Assembly (NCBI GenBank): GCA_009859145.1
Contig: VRVR01000016.1
Span: forward strand, 177,198-241,197
DNA: 64,000 bases
Origin: Andalucia godoyi And28
Lineage: Eukaryota > Protista > Jakobida
Reading direction: 5' to 3'
In this document: one piece after another, positions 1 to 9,690 of the stretch
How the letters are laid out: every line of letters starts with the position of its first letter
How positions within the stretch are numbered: position 1 is the stretch's first letter
Notes under the pieces: model-generated
Told to the model about the DNA's origin: nothing
The model's database searches: none
Seen by the model: the letters and a program-made list of their open reading frames with translations, nothing else
Program-made: the position numbers and the translations under genes

Positions 1-54
<54 letters not shown>

Positions 55-60
55 TGTGTG
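1..60. repeat. (TC)n/(TG)n compound microsatellite
   Basis: Direct reading of the sequence. Confidence 0.95.
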
Positions 61-277
61 TCGGCCTCTTTCTTTCTTTCTTTCTTTCTTTTTTCAAACG
101 TCTTTTTGATGTTGCTTTTGCTTCTTTTTTTGATGGTTGTTGCATTTTGAGCGTCATGCGTCATGTGTCATGTGTGCATTCTCGCTACGTTCGTCTCTTA
201 TCAACTGTTTGTGTTTTCTTGGTCTTACTTCTTTTATTTTATAATTTTGAATTCTCGTTTGATGGTGTGGATTCCAT

Positions 278-1261
278 TTGGCAGGAAAAGGAGTTGCGAC
301 TCGAAAAAGAGATTCGTCGTCCTCCAACGAAGACAATGATAATGATGATGATGAAGCTTTCGGGGGTTCGTTGTTTACAGCGAGAAATCAAAAACGGCCA
401 ATCGAGGGTGTCGCTTCTGCCTCGAAAGAGCCCGTTGGTGCGGTCCTCCAGACTGGAGCGTCCGTGGCGTCGGATGCAGAGACCAAGGCAAACAGTTCGC
501 AAGTCGTTACTTCTGCAGTGCTTCTCGAAGGGTTTGACTCGGACGGGGAGGACGAAGCTGCACCAGTCTACGTCCCTCGCTCAGTCGTTGGCTCCAATCA
601 AGGCGGTCAGCCAATGTCCAGTGCGACCGATGCCGGGACCAAGAGGGCTGCCGCGAAGGATGATACAGACTTTGCTCGTGGAAGAAGAAGGAAGCCTGTC
701 CAAGAGCCAGTAGTGGATCGAAAGCCCATTGTATCGCGTGAGATGTCGATCACGGATGATGGAGCTCCATCGCCACCGGGGCTTCGAGACCGCTATGATC
801 TTGCGGAACCGCCAGCGCTGGAGTTTGGGCACATTGGGCCTCGACCGAGTGACATGGCAGCTGGAATGACTGCGGAAATACCCAGCGCGCCATTTCAGAT
901 TCTCGAACAAGATTCGGAGCCGGTTTTTGAGTACATCCCAAAGAGTCAGCGTGGTGGCCGCAGTTGCAGTGGCAAAGGAGAGATTCTGTTTTCGTCGGAC
1001 TTGTCTGTTCTAAAGTCGGAAGCGGTGGGCATTGCAAAGGCAGTCGTTGCGCAGATGGCTTTAGAGCAGCGACGTGCGCTGATCAAGGATGTGAAGGATG
1101 GTCAGTTCGTCCCCGATGACACGGATCCAACGGATCCAGGTGAAATCGAGCATGAGCTCCAGCTTTGGAAGACCAGGGAAATGAAGCGGCTGTGGAGAGA
1201 TCTTCTCGAGCGTCAAAAGCATCTCGGAGCAGCCGATTCGCATTCATTTCATTCCACCTGA
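278..1261 (+). CDS. MFAP1/Spp381-like spliceosomal protein (5' end uncertain)
   Basis: Acidic low-complexity N-part followed by PDDTDPTDPGEIEHELQLWKTREMKRLWRD, which resembles the MFAP1 core (DDTD...E..EYEAWKLRELKRIKRD). The track start is TTG; a likely acceptor ggcag| at ~284 suggests an unresolved upstream exon. Confidence 0.6.
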   Translation: MAGKGVATRKRDSSSSNEDNDNDDDEAFGGSLFTARNQKRPIEGVASASKEPVGAVLQTGASVASDAETKANSSQVVTSAVLLEGFDSDGEDEAAPVYVPRSVVGSNQGGQPMSSATDAGTKRAAAKDDTDFARGRRRKPVQEPVVDRKPIVSREMSITDDGAPSPPGLRDRYDLAEPPALEFGHIGPRPSDMAAGMTAEIPSAPFQILEQDSEPVFEYIPKSQRGGRSCSGKGEILFSSDLSVLKSEAVGIAKAVVAQMALEQRRALIKDVKDGQFVPDDTDPTDPGEIEHELQLWKTREMKRLWRDLLERQKHLGAADSHSFHST

Positions 1262-1543
1262 GAAGTATTTTTTATTATATATTATTGTTATTGCTGCTGT
1301 TGTTGTTGTAGGAGTGTTGGCGTCAACATGATCATTTTATCGTATGAAATGCAGACTCACATCACCTGGAGCGTCAGTTGGGAGGAAGAAATGGGAGAAA
1401 ACTGGATAACGTTACAGAGTATGTACATATGTGAAGGAAAGGAACAGACAAACCAAAAGCAAAAATTCGCAAGTTCAATCTCGGCTCTTCTTTCTCGGTT
1501 GTTTCTTGTTGGTGGCGGTGGCTGTCCCTCGGCTAGCTGTCGT

Positions 1544-2209
1544 TTAGAGAATAAAGAACGTTCTTCGTTCTCGGTTTTTCCACATTCGAATCGCAATTCC
1601 GATGACAAGAGTGCCGACCACAGCAGCTCCAACGACAATCCCGACGAGAACGGGTCTGGACAATCCTCCTACTGATCCCAAGTCGCTGTTTTCGGAATCT
1701 GGGACGTTGGACGTGGGATTGGAATGTTGTCCGGAATCATGGTCGGTCATCACTGCATAGTACGTCGAGCAAGCAGCACCAGCGTCGCTCGCATTCCTGT
1801 ACACAACACTTCGGATCACCGCACCATTCACCAGTTCATCCAATGACACAAATCGAGAAAGATGGAAATATAGCGTATCTTGCGGTTTGTCACAATCGTC
1901 AAACTCTCGACAAGCAATCAACACTCCCGTGCCATTGTATGTAAAGAAAACCGGGTCAGCCTCGTCCCAGAATTCCTCATTCAGAGCAAGTCGCAATGCA
2001 GATTGCGAACTCGTTGACAAGGCTCCTTGCAATGTGCAGTTGCTCACGGCCAAGGAACGCAACGTCCCAGTCTCAATCTCAATCCATGTTGGAAACGGGT
2101 CCGCATTCGAACCCCAAAACAGACACAGATATACTATGGAAAAGAACAAAATCGAAGAATGTTCAGAATTCATCTTCTTTAAAGGAGCGGTGAGACGGAA
2201 GGAAGTCAA
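1544..2209 (-). CDS. Type I membrane protein of unknown function
   Basis: 221-aa ORF with a signal-peptide-like N-terminus (ILFFSIVYLCLFWGSNA), a Cys-containing ectodomain, a C-terminal TM helix (VLVGIVVGAAVVGTLVIGIAI) and a basic stop-transfer segment. Confidence 0.7.
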   Translation of the reverse strand: MTSFRLTAPLKKMNSEHSSILFFSIVYLCLFWGSNADPFPTWIEIETGTLRSLAVSNCTLQGALSTSSQSALRLALNEEFWDEADPVFFTYNGTGVLIACREFDDCDKPQDTLYFHLSRFVSLDELVNGAVIRSVVYRNASDAGAACSTYYAVMTDHDSGQHSNPTSNVPDSENSDLGSVGGLSRPVLVGIVVGAAVVGTLVIGIAIRMWKNRERRTFFIL

Positions 2210-2733
2210 AATTTAATTATTACTATTACTATTACTCTTATTATTATTATTATTTTTCCCGATAAAAATTAATTGAAATAAGGATTGACATTGAAAACAC
2301 AGGCAAAAAACAGCTACAAAAGAATTCTCTACGAGAAACAATACGCAAAAATGTGTCCAAAAGCGGCCAATTTTTCTAATGAACGAGTCGGGGGAAATCT
2401 GTTTTTCTGGCATGATTGACAGCAAATGAAAGCTATGGATGATGGTGAGCCGTGGCGCATGGATCTACAGCAGGAAGCATCCCGGCGGCGCTGAAACAGC
2501 GCGCAGAGCAGGGTTACAGTTTTTCATCGAAAGAACGCAGCCGTTGGTGGCAACGCTGGGGCGCTTTCCTGCTAGGCGATGAGAGTGTTTTAATTATAAC
2601 GTGCGATGTCGCTGAATAGACCAGAATAGAGAGCGATTCTTGGCAGGAGTTTTTATTCACTTTTTTCGTTTTGTACAGTGTTCTAAGAAATAACTGAAAC
2701 CCCGCCCTCGGGAAAGACGCACAAAAGACGCAG

Positions 2734-5340
2734 TTATGGAGCCCGAAATTGGAACTGCAGAGGAACGCGGGTTTCTGAACCGTCTGAATTGACAAGCGTC
2801 ATGTTCGTCGTCCGCGACTCTGCAGAAGTGTAAAAGACACCCGTCGGTTTGACGACAGACGACAGGAAAAGACTGGACTGTGAAACAACGACTGCGTCTG
2901 CGAAGCCGTCAAAGGAGATGCTGGTCACGTTGCCCAGTCCGGATCCCCACACAGACAGCTCGAACCCGCCAAAGCTCAGTCCTTCGGCTGGCAAAAGAGC
3001 AGACACAGAGACAGGGGCAACGTCCGAAGCAGAATCATCGTCAGCGATGGAGAAGAGCACTACTCTCGCCGAATTCACTCCAGCGACGAAGGTTGTGTTG
3101 CTCAGAGCGTAAAGAGGGCCTGAGCAGAAGTAAGTCGTCTCCACGTACTTTTCCACGACAACAATCTGGGTTTCCAAATTCAAGACGAAGACTTCGCCGC
3201 CAACTGTGCGACCCGCGACGGTAGTTGGAGACAGCAAGATCATGTCACAGACGAGCGATCCAGATGATGGAATGGCAACAGAGAAGTCTACGCTGGACGA
3301 AGCGAGGTTGATGAGAGCAAGACGAGCCTCGGGTTCTTGGACCATGCTTCCGTGAGTGTACGAAGCCGCTAGAATGCTGGTGGGACTGACTTCGACAAGG
3401 GCGGATACACCGAATACTGGAACCTCCAGCGTGACAGAGCAATTGGACACGCCGGTAGTGACCGAGAGCTCGCAAAGCCGGACGTCGGTCACTGCCCCGA
3501 TTGTGAACAGCACCTTGTCGCTCGAATTCTGCATCGCCAGCAAGTTCGAGAACTGGGCCGGGCCGTAGATGTCCTCCAAGGATATCGTGTTCACTACCCC
3601 CAGCGACAATGCATCGATGACAATGATCAGTCCCGTTTCAGTCAGCGCGACAAGGTGTGGATCAGGCTGGTGGAGAAGCGACACAAAGGGCACCGCATTG
3701 TATACAGGGGAAGACAGGATCTGTTTGATGATCAGAGCTTCGTCGGAGGAATGCCTGTTCACAGGATCCCACGAGATGAGAACCAGTGTCCAGTTCAGTC
3801 CTGGCTCCGCCGACTCTGGGTAAATGACTCCAAATCCGACAAACGAGGAATTAAACCCTTCCGTAAAAGGAGAAAGATCTCGAATTCCTTCGGGAAGGAT
3901 GACTCGATATGCTTCCTCCAACGTCGACGCATTTGCCAGCACTAAAAATTGGAATGGATCGCGTTTCAAAGGCAGCAGGACGAAGGACTCCGCTGCACGC
4001 GCCAAGTGGGAAGCTGCCGAAAAGTTCGTTTCCGACTCAAGAGATCGGTTGCTGACCTCGACGAATAACCCCGAGATAAACTCTACTTCAAATACGTGTC
4101 CCGTGCTCGCGAGCAGGATACGCTCGTTTGCAAGAGACGCAGCCACCGTGAATGGATCGACAGAGCACGAAATCGACGGGTCGTCGGATGCCAAGGGGGG
4201 CCAAGTATCCAGTGTAGTTCCGCTAGTCGCGTCAATTAACACGACCTGGGATCGGTATTCCCACGGACAAACAGGGGTGGGAAGCGCCGAACGAGTATAG
4301 GATGCCACGACGCGATCAGAACCCGAGTTGTTTGACTTGACATACGCGATTCCAAACCCATCCATTGCTTGAGGGAGGTCAAGACTCCACAACGGAACTG
4401 TTGCTGCAGCAGATTCCGGATGGGCGTACTTCACGACCTTCACTGTATTTTCCAAAGGGTCACGGATTAGCAAGATGACTCCGTTGTCGATGTCCACAAC
4501 ATCGATGATCTTTTGGGAGGTGGAGCCAAGGACAATGGAATTCACAAGCGCAAGAGAGGAACTCAAAAACGACACCGTTGACGAAGCACCGGAGTCGTCG
4601 AACTGCGGATTCGAAGCCATCACCCATTCGGTCGCGTCAAACGAAGTGGTCAGCACCACTGGCACCAGTGAACTATCCATGCTTGTTTGAGGAGATCCCG
4701 GCAAACCAGTGAACGCGTCAAAAGCAAACAGCGTCATTGCATTGGAATTCGCGTCGAAAGTAACCATGGATGCAGCACTGCCCACGAATCCTCGAGAAAG
4801 AAGAAGAAGACTCTGATTTGTGTTGGAAAGAAGTCCATCAGCAACGTTCCCCGTCGCCCATTCTACTCGTCCTAAAGATGACGTGTTCAGAGGCACGACG
4901 GTCGAGAAGCTCGCGACTTGTGCAGGTGCAAAATCCAAATCCTCCGAAACGTTTAGAATGGGAATGTAAACGTGCACTAGGACGGGAAGCCCAGAACCAG
5001 AAGCGCAAGAAGCAACCCGATACGGGGATGGAGAAAAGGCATCGCTGTGCCGGGTCGGGGTCAAGTCGCTTGAGTTGTAGATCCACAGACGTCCATCTGA
5101 CGGAATGTTGAGATCACCCGTGACAAATGGATCATTGACGATGAACACGTCCTGTGAATTGCTGTCCAAGAGACCTCCGCAAACAGGGGTGAGAGAAGCG
5201 GGTTGCGACAGAGACGTCGAGACGTTCACAACTTTCAATGACTGCTGCGCGCGCACATCGGTCACAACAGCCACAGAATAAATGACGACAAACGTCAAAA
5301 ACAAGAGCGCCTTTGAGGTACAGACAATTTCAGCGGCCAT
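2734..5340 (-). CDS. Large secreted/surface protein, beta-rich, possible C-terminal IPT/TIG-like domain
   Basis: 868-aa ORF with a signal peptide (ALLFLTFVVIYSVAVVTDVRA) and many N-x-S/T sites. The C-terminal GGFELSVWGSGLGNVTSISFDG segment resembles IPT/TIG. Confidence 0.7.
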   Translation of the reverse strand: MAAEIVCTSKALLFLTFVVIYSVAVVTDVRAQQSLKVVNVSTSLSQPASLTPVCGGLLDSNSQDVFIVNDPFVTGDLNIPSDGRLWIYNSSDLTPTRHSDAFSPSPYRVASCASGSGLPVLVHVYIPILNVSEDLDFAPAQVASFSTVVPLNTSSLGRVEWATGNVADGLLSNTNQSLLLLSRGFVGSAASMVTFDANSNAMTLFAFDAFTGLPGSPQTSMDSSLVPVVLTTSFDATEWVMASNPQFDDSGASSTVSFLSSSLALVNSIVLGSTSQKIIDVVDIDNGVILLIRDPLENTVKVVKYAHPESAAATVPLWSLDLPQAMDGFGIAYVKSNNSGSDRVVASYTRSALPTPVCPWEYRSQVVLIDATSGTTLDTWPPLASDDPSISCSVDPFTVAASLANERILLASTGHVFEVEFISGLFVEVSNRSLESETNFSAASHLARAAESFVLLPLKRDPFQFLVLANASTLEEAYRVILPEGIRDLSPFTEGFNSSFVGFGVIYPESAEPGLNWTLVLISWDPVNRHSSDEALIIKQILSSPVYNAVPFVSLLHQPDPHLVALTETGLIIVIDALSLGVVNTISLEDIYGPAQFSNLLAMQNSSDKVLFTIGAVTDVRLCELSVTTGVSNCSVTLEVPVFGVSALVEVSPTSILAASYTHGSMVQEPEARLALINLASSSVDFSVAIPSSGSLVCDMILLSPTTVAGRTVGGEVFVLNLETQIVVVEKYVETTYFCSGPLYALSNTTFVAGVNSARVVLFSIADDDSASDVAPVSVSALLPAEGLSFGGFELSVWGSGLGNVTSISFDGFADAVVVSQSSLFLSSVVKPTGVFYTSAESRTTNMTLVNSDGSETRVPLQFQFRAP

Positions 5341-6162
5341 GTTATCGATTACGATTACGATTACGATTACGATTTGTTGATCCTTTTGTTGGCTTGTCTC
5401 TCTGTCTCTTGTCTTCCTCGAAAAAAAGGAGAAAGAACGGACGGAGTAGCACGTCGGATGGAATGCTTTATATATATATGTACACTCTCACTCACACACA
5501 CACACACATACTCGGCAACCGATTCCTGCTCCCGAATCCGTATTCGGCAATGCAGAAAAAAGAAGATCCAGCTGCAAGTCGCGAGTCGAAGCATCGCCCA
5601 ACAGGCAACTCGAGGCAGTGGAAATGGAGCACTTGAACTTCGAGGAAGCGCCGCTGGCCGCTGTTATTGACAGAGATGGAAACGGGGAAACACGGCGGTT
5701 TGGACGGTGCACGTTACGTGCTCCAAGGGCGGAGAGATTTCGATTGAAAGGAGGGCGCAGGAACGGCCATTGGGAGAAGAAAAAATCAATCCCAGCAGGC
5801 GGCGGGTATTGGCGGCCTTTCCCTCCTAGCGCCTCTCTACACTTGCGCGGGAGCCCCCCCCGTGGAATCTTTTTTCATTGTTTATTTCTTGTTTAATTGA
5901 AGAAGATATTTTAATGACTTGAACTTGAAGTTGGTACTTTTTGTGTACTTCGACTAAACGTCCTCTTCTCGCAAAGTGGTGTCAGACAAAAGGTGCAGCA
6001 GCAGTCAAACAGGCCAAGGACGCACGAGTTAAGCAGGGACTGAATAAAAGACGGAATGCAATTTACGTTTTCTTCTTCTAACAATCATTTTTGTTTTGCG
6101 TTCACTCAAAGATCGAAAAGAAAAAAGGGAAAGTAACGCGCAAGCCTCTCCGTCATCCTAGA

Positions 6163-6813
6163 ATGGGAAACAAGACCTCTGCTCCTCCGAAAGACCGCAC
6201 CCCGGAAAAATCCCCGAGTTCGCGAACAAAGTCAAAGAAGAAGCAGCGCGATTCCAAGAGCCGGCTTGTCGACAAGAATTCGTTTTCGATGTTTGTTGAA
6301 ATGGAGGAACAGCCCGAAGTCAAGAGCCCGGATGGCAGCGTTGAGCGGGTAACGATCGAAGACTTTCCGTCTCAGTGTGAGTTTCAGCAGTCGTCGTGGA
6401 AGAATGAATCCAGTGCAACGGTGCAACTGTGTGTGAAAATCGAAGGGGTGCTCAAGTCGATCGACGCGTACATTGGCAAAGACGGTTCCTTTACGTGTTC
6501 CATTCCCGTTGGTCCCAAAGTATGCATTGTGTACTCTGCTCTCAACGAAAGAGCCGAAGAAGAGTTCACCCTGGGATGTGGTAGTCGTCAAATATCATCG
6601 TCAGACTGTGGTGCGGTCATCCGCGATGGATCCTCCTCGCTGTTTGCGGTCGAGAGAGTTATCAACAGCATTGCAGTGCGCACTGATTCGGAGCCGTGTT
6701 CAAAGTCAAAATCCAAGGCCAAAACGCGAGCAGAAAAGACAAAGAGCGCAAAGAAGAGATGCAACATGCATGTGGACAGCTACACTGGAGAAGGTGTCTT
6801 GGCTGAATCTTAG
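6163..6813 (+). CDS. Hypothetical protein with an N-myristoylation consensus start (MGNKTS)
   Basis: First true ATG in the 240-aa ORF is at 6163 and gives MGxxxS. Lys/Ser-rich ends flank a globular middle. Confidence 0.6.
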   Translation: MGNKTSAPPKDRTPEKSPSSRTKSKKKQRDSKSRLVDKNSFSMFVEMEEQPEVKSPDGSVERVTIEDFPSQCEFQQSSWKNESSATVQLCVKIEGVLKSIDAYIGKDGSFTCSIPVGPKVCIVYSALNERAEEEFTLGCGSRQISSSDCGAVIRDGSSSLFAVERVINSIAVRTDSEPCSKSKSKAKTRAEKTKSAKKRCNMHVDSYTGEGVLAES

Positions 6814-7292
6814 TACCATTCCCCGAGACCTTCCTCAGTTCCGCCTTCATTCCCTCCTCTTCTCGTCGTCGATTGCACACATGTATATTTCAATCCCCTC
6901 GACATAATAAAATGTGAATTTAAAAAAGAAAAAAAGAAATCTGAAGAACAAAAGGAAACAGTCACAGTCCTCCTTCGTCCATTCCGGGGCGCAGCCGGCA
7001 GCGTCTTCTGTTTCGCTGCCTATTTGGGACAAAAAATTTCCGATGCGAATGTCGCTTGATTCTTCGGGATGATGCTACCGTCTTTTTTTTCTCCTCAATA
7101 TTCTAAAAGTTCCAACTGAAACAACCTCCTCCGCAAACCCAAGGAAACGATCGTTTCTGCAAAATCCCTCTTTCCTTCTTCTTTTTAGAGTTTTCGAGAT
7201 TGCATTTTTCATTGACGGAAAAGAAAGAGCGTTTTTTTTCACCAGGGGCGTTAAGAGGGAGAAAAGCGGAGAAGTTGAAAGGGCAGGAATTC

Positions 7293-9047
7293 ATGATGGC
7301 GTCTCCGGCTGTTCCTATTTTGCGAGTCGACAAGACTCCTGTTCGCCGAGCCTTTAATCGTCCGTCGCCGCTCAGCAACAGTGGTGAACTGCGGATGCAA
7401 GGTTTATCGATCAGTAGTATTCCTGCATATTCAAGTCCACAGCATTTGCAAGCTGTAAAAGCTGCCAAAACAATTGATTCTCTTATTGTGCCGACCGCAG
7501 CTCCGTCGCCACGATCGGCACTCAGCAGAGGACTATCAAGCGACCGAGGACATTTGAGGATTTTGTCGAGCGATTCCAATCTGCAAGACTCGTTTCGAGA
7601 CTCCAACAGTCCTTCTGCGTCACTCGGGTCTGCACGGAAGCGACTGGCGGATTCTCTGGTGGCTGCCGGGGAACCTGTTTCTCATATGCAAAGTGCTCAC
7701 AACGCATTTGCCATTCACTGTATGTGTCTGTTTCCCCCCTCTTCTTTTCTCTACGTGTTCTGTTTCCTCGGTCTTTTTTCAATCTGCCGTTTTTCCGTTT
7801 CCATTCTGTCAGTGGTTTCAATCTGTTCCGCATTTTCCATCCTGGATCTGACTTTTTTCCGTTTCTTTTCTTTTCTTTTTATTTTTATATATATTTTTTT
7901 GGTGATTCCAGCTCCAAACGAGGAGAAATCTCCAATGTCGGTGATTCAAAATCCCGCGGTTGGTTTCCCTTCCAGCCATTCTGTTTCGTCTCCGTCTTCA
8001 GCTGGTGCAAACCGCAAGTTGAATTCTCGAGACTCTCCTTCTCAACGACTGAAGACTCCGGGGACTCCGGGGACTCCACGGTCGAGCTCATTGCGGCCAC
8101 ATGTCCCCAAGCGCATTGAGCCCACCCGAGAACTACTGTTCCCACCTCGCGAAGGCGATTCTGCGGATTTGTATTCTGCAGCGAGGACGACGCAACAGAT
8201 CCAGGTCGACGGCGAGGTCACCACGTACAATCCAAATCGCGACGGTGGCTTTGCAAGACCGTCCACGTCCCCCATCAAAGGAGTCTCGAAGAGCTTGGCG
8301 GATTTCAAGATGCTGGCGGCCGCATGCCAACGAAGCGGCCGCACAAGACAGGAGGGCCAGGCATACTACAAGATGGCGGTGCTGTACGAGAACAAGGGAT
8401 TGAATAAGCAATCCCTTGAATGCTATGAACGATTTTTGGCAATTGCCAGGCGGTTGCAGGACTTTGACTCGGAGGTCCTGGCATTGAATTGTTTAGGAAT
8501 CTTGTGTCAGCGCATCGGTGGTGCGGAGTATATTGAGCGTGCATTGGAGTATCATGCAGCGCACTTGCAGTTGGAGGATCATGAAGGTCGATATGCGGCC
8601 CATGTCAATATTGGGCTTGCCCACATGTCTCTTGCTGCTTTTGATCGTGCCCAGCACCATTTTAAAGAGGCTCTGCAATACGCAATTCGGCTTGAAAACA
8701 TCGAGGGTGAGAGCGTTGCACTCGCCAATCTTGCCAAAGTGTCGAAAGTGCTGGGGGATGTCGAGACGGCAAAGGCCTGCATTGAGAGACGCGTGGAGCT
8801 TGCCGGCATGCTGAATGACAATCTTGCCAACAGCGAATCGCTTTCGGGTCTTGCCGATTTTGCAATGGAAGACGGCGATCCAGTTCGTGCCTCAGCATTC
8901 TTTGATCAGGCTAGGAACAATGCGCGGCATGCCGGGGACGTATCTGCCGTCAAGCGGGTCTCTGTCAAGCTTGGTATATCTGTTGGAAACTCACAGTTCG
9001 AGGATTTGGTTCGGCAGCTCGGTTCGCAGATGCGAAATTCTCCTTGA
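7293..9047 (+). CDS. TPR-repeat protein with a disordered Ser/Pro-rich N-half; intron 7720-7911
   Basis: C-half has successive TPR-like helices (AYYKMAVLY, ALNCLGIL, AHVNIGLAH, ALANLAKV). The F/L-rich stretch in the ORF is a GTATGT...pyrimidine tract...CAG intron. Confidence 0.8.
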   Translation: MMASPAVPILRVDKTPVRRAFNRPSPLSNSGELRMQGLSISSIPAYSSPQHLQAVKAAKTIDSLIVPTAAPSPRSALSRGLSSDRGHLRILSSDSNLQDSFRDSNSPSASLGSARKRLADSLVAAGEPVSHMQSAHNAFAIHCMCLFPPSSFLYVFCFLGLFSICRFSVSILSVVSICSAFSILDLTFFRFFSFLFIFIYIFLVIPAPNEEKSPMSVIQNPAVGFPSSHSVSSPSSAGANRKLNSRDSPSQRLKTPGTPGTPRSSSLRPHVPKRIEPTRELLFPPREGDSADLYSAARTTQQIQVDGEVTTYNPNRDGGFARPSTSPIKGVSKSLADFKMLAAACQRSGRTRQEGQAYYKMAVLYENKGLNKQSLECYERFLAIARRLQDFDSEVLALNCLGILCQRIGGAEYIERALEYHAAHLQLEDHEGRYAAHVNIGLAHMSLAAFDRAQHHFKEALQYAIRLENIEGESVALANLAKVSKVLGDVETAKACIERRVELAGMLNDNLANSESLSGLADFAMEDGDPVRASAFFDQARNNARHAGDVSAVKRVSVKLGISVGNSQFEDLVRQLGSQMRNSP

Positions 9048-9329
9048 TAATTATATTTCACATTTCCCCGATGCATCCGTTTTCATCTTCTTCGGCAACG
9101 TCTTTTTTCTTCTTTTTTCTTTTTCGGCTGTGCTGCGAGCCTTCGTAGTTGCAATGTATGATAGATTCTTCGTGATATATATATATTATTTTTAAAAAAA
9201 AGTAATTATGCCCTTTTGTAAAAATATCCACTTAAGAATTTAAAACCTATGTGTTCCCACATGGGATCCCGATGTACATGACGCCCCCCTTGCGTCCCTG
9301 CGACGGTGGGCCGCCTCAGGGCGGATCGG

Positions 9330-9690
9330 AGGCGTCCGAGCCAGATCTCTCACCGCACGTACAACATCGAGAAGATTGAAAAGGCCGTCGGGCAACCCCG
9401 TCGAAGCGAGACGATCGTGCTTCATGCTGTCGTGGAGGAGAAATTATGGGGGTTTCAACAGCAATTGTTGCACAAAGCACACGGGTTCAGGGACTGGCAG
9501 AGCCAGGTCGCCATTGTCACGGAATAATAACACTTCCACGGCATGCAGATTGTGTGACATGATCCACCCGTCACTTCGGTGGAAACAAGATCTTCACATG
9601 TCCACAGTGCGCATGACAGGGCCTATTCCTCCTTCCCGGTGCTGCAACGCAGTTCAGATGCAACATCCATTGTGCGTCGTCCGCGATGGC
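9330..9690 (+). mobile_element. Fanzor2/TnpB-like pseudogene fragment (RuvC-II + zinc finger) with a degenerate omegaRNA/right-end remnant (family 1, copy C)
   Basis: Frameshift-corrected reading gives ...MLSW..Y.FQQQLLHKA....WQSQVAIVTE*/NTSTACRLCDMIHPSL/GGNKIFTCPQC. It is followed by gggcctattcctccttcccgg, tgctgcaac and atgcaacatcc, which match blocks of copies A and B. Confidence 0.85.

Noticed and set aside
42-713. 223-aa ORF and the many antisense/overlapping ORFs in the track
   Set aside because: It starts in a microsatellite and overlaps the MFAP1-like frame. Such ORFs are shadows of real genes in ~50% GC coding DNA.
2420-2600. gctatggatg shared with 56642 and 9689
   Set aside because: Only a 10-mer, with no colinear extension to family-1 elements.
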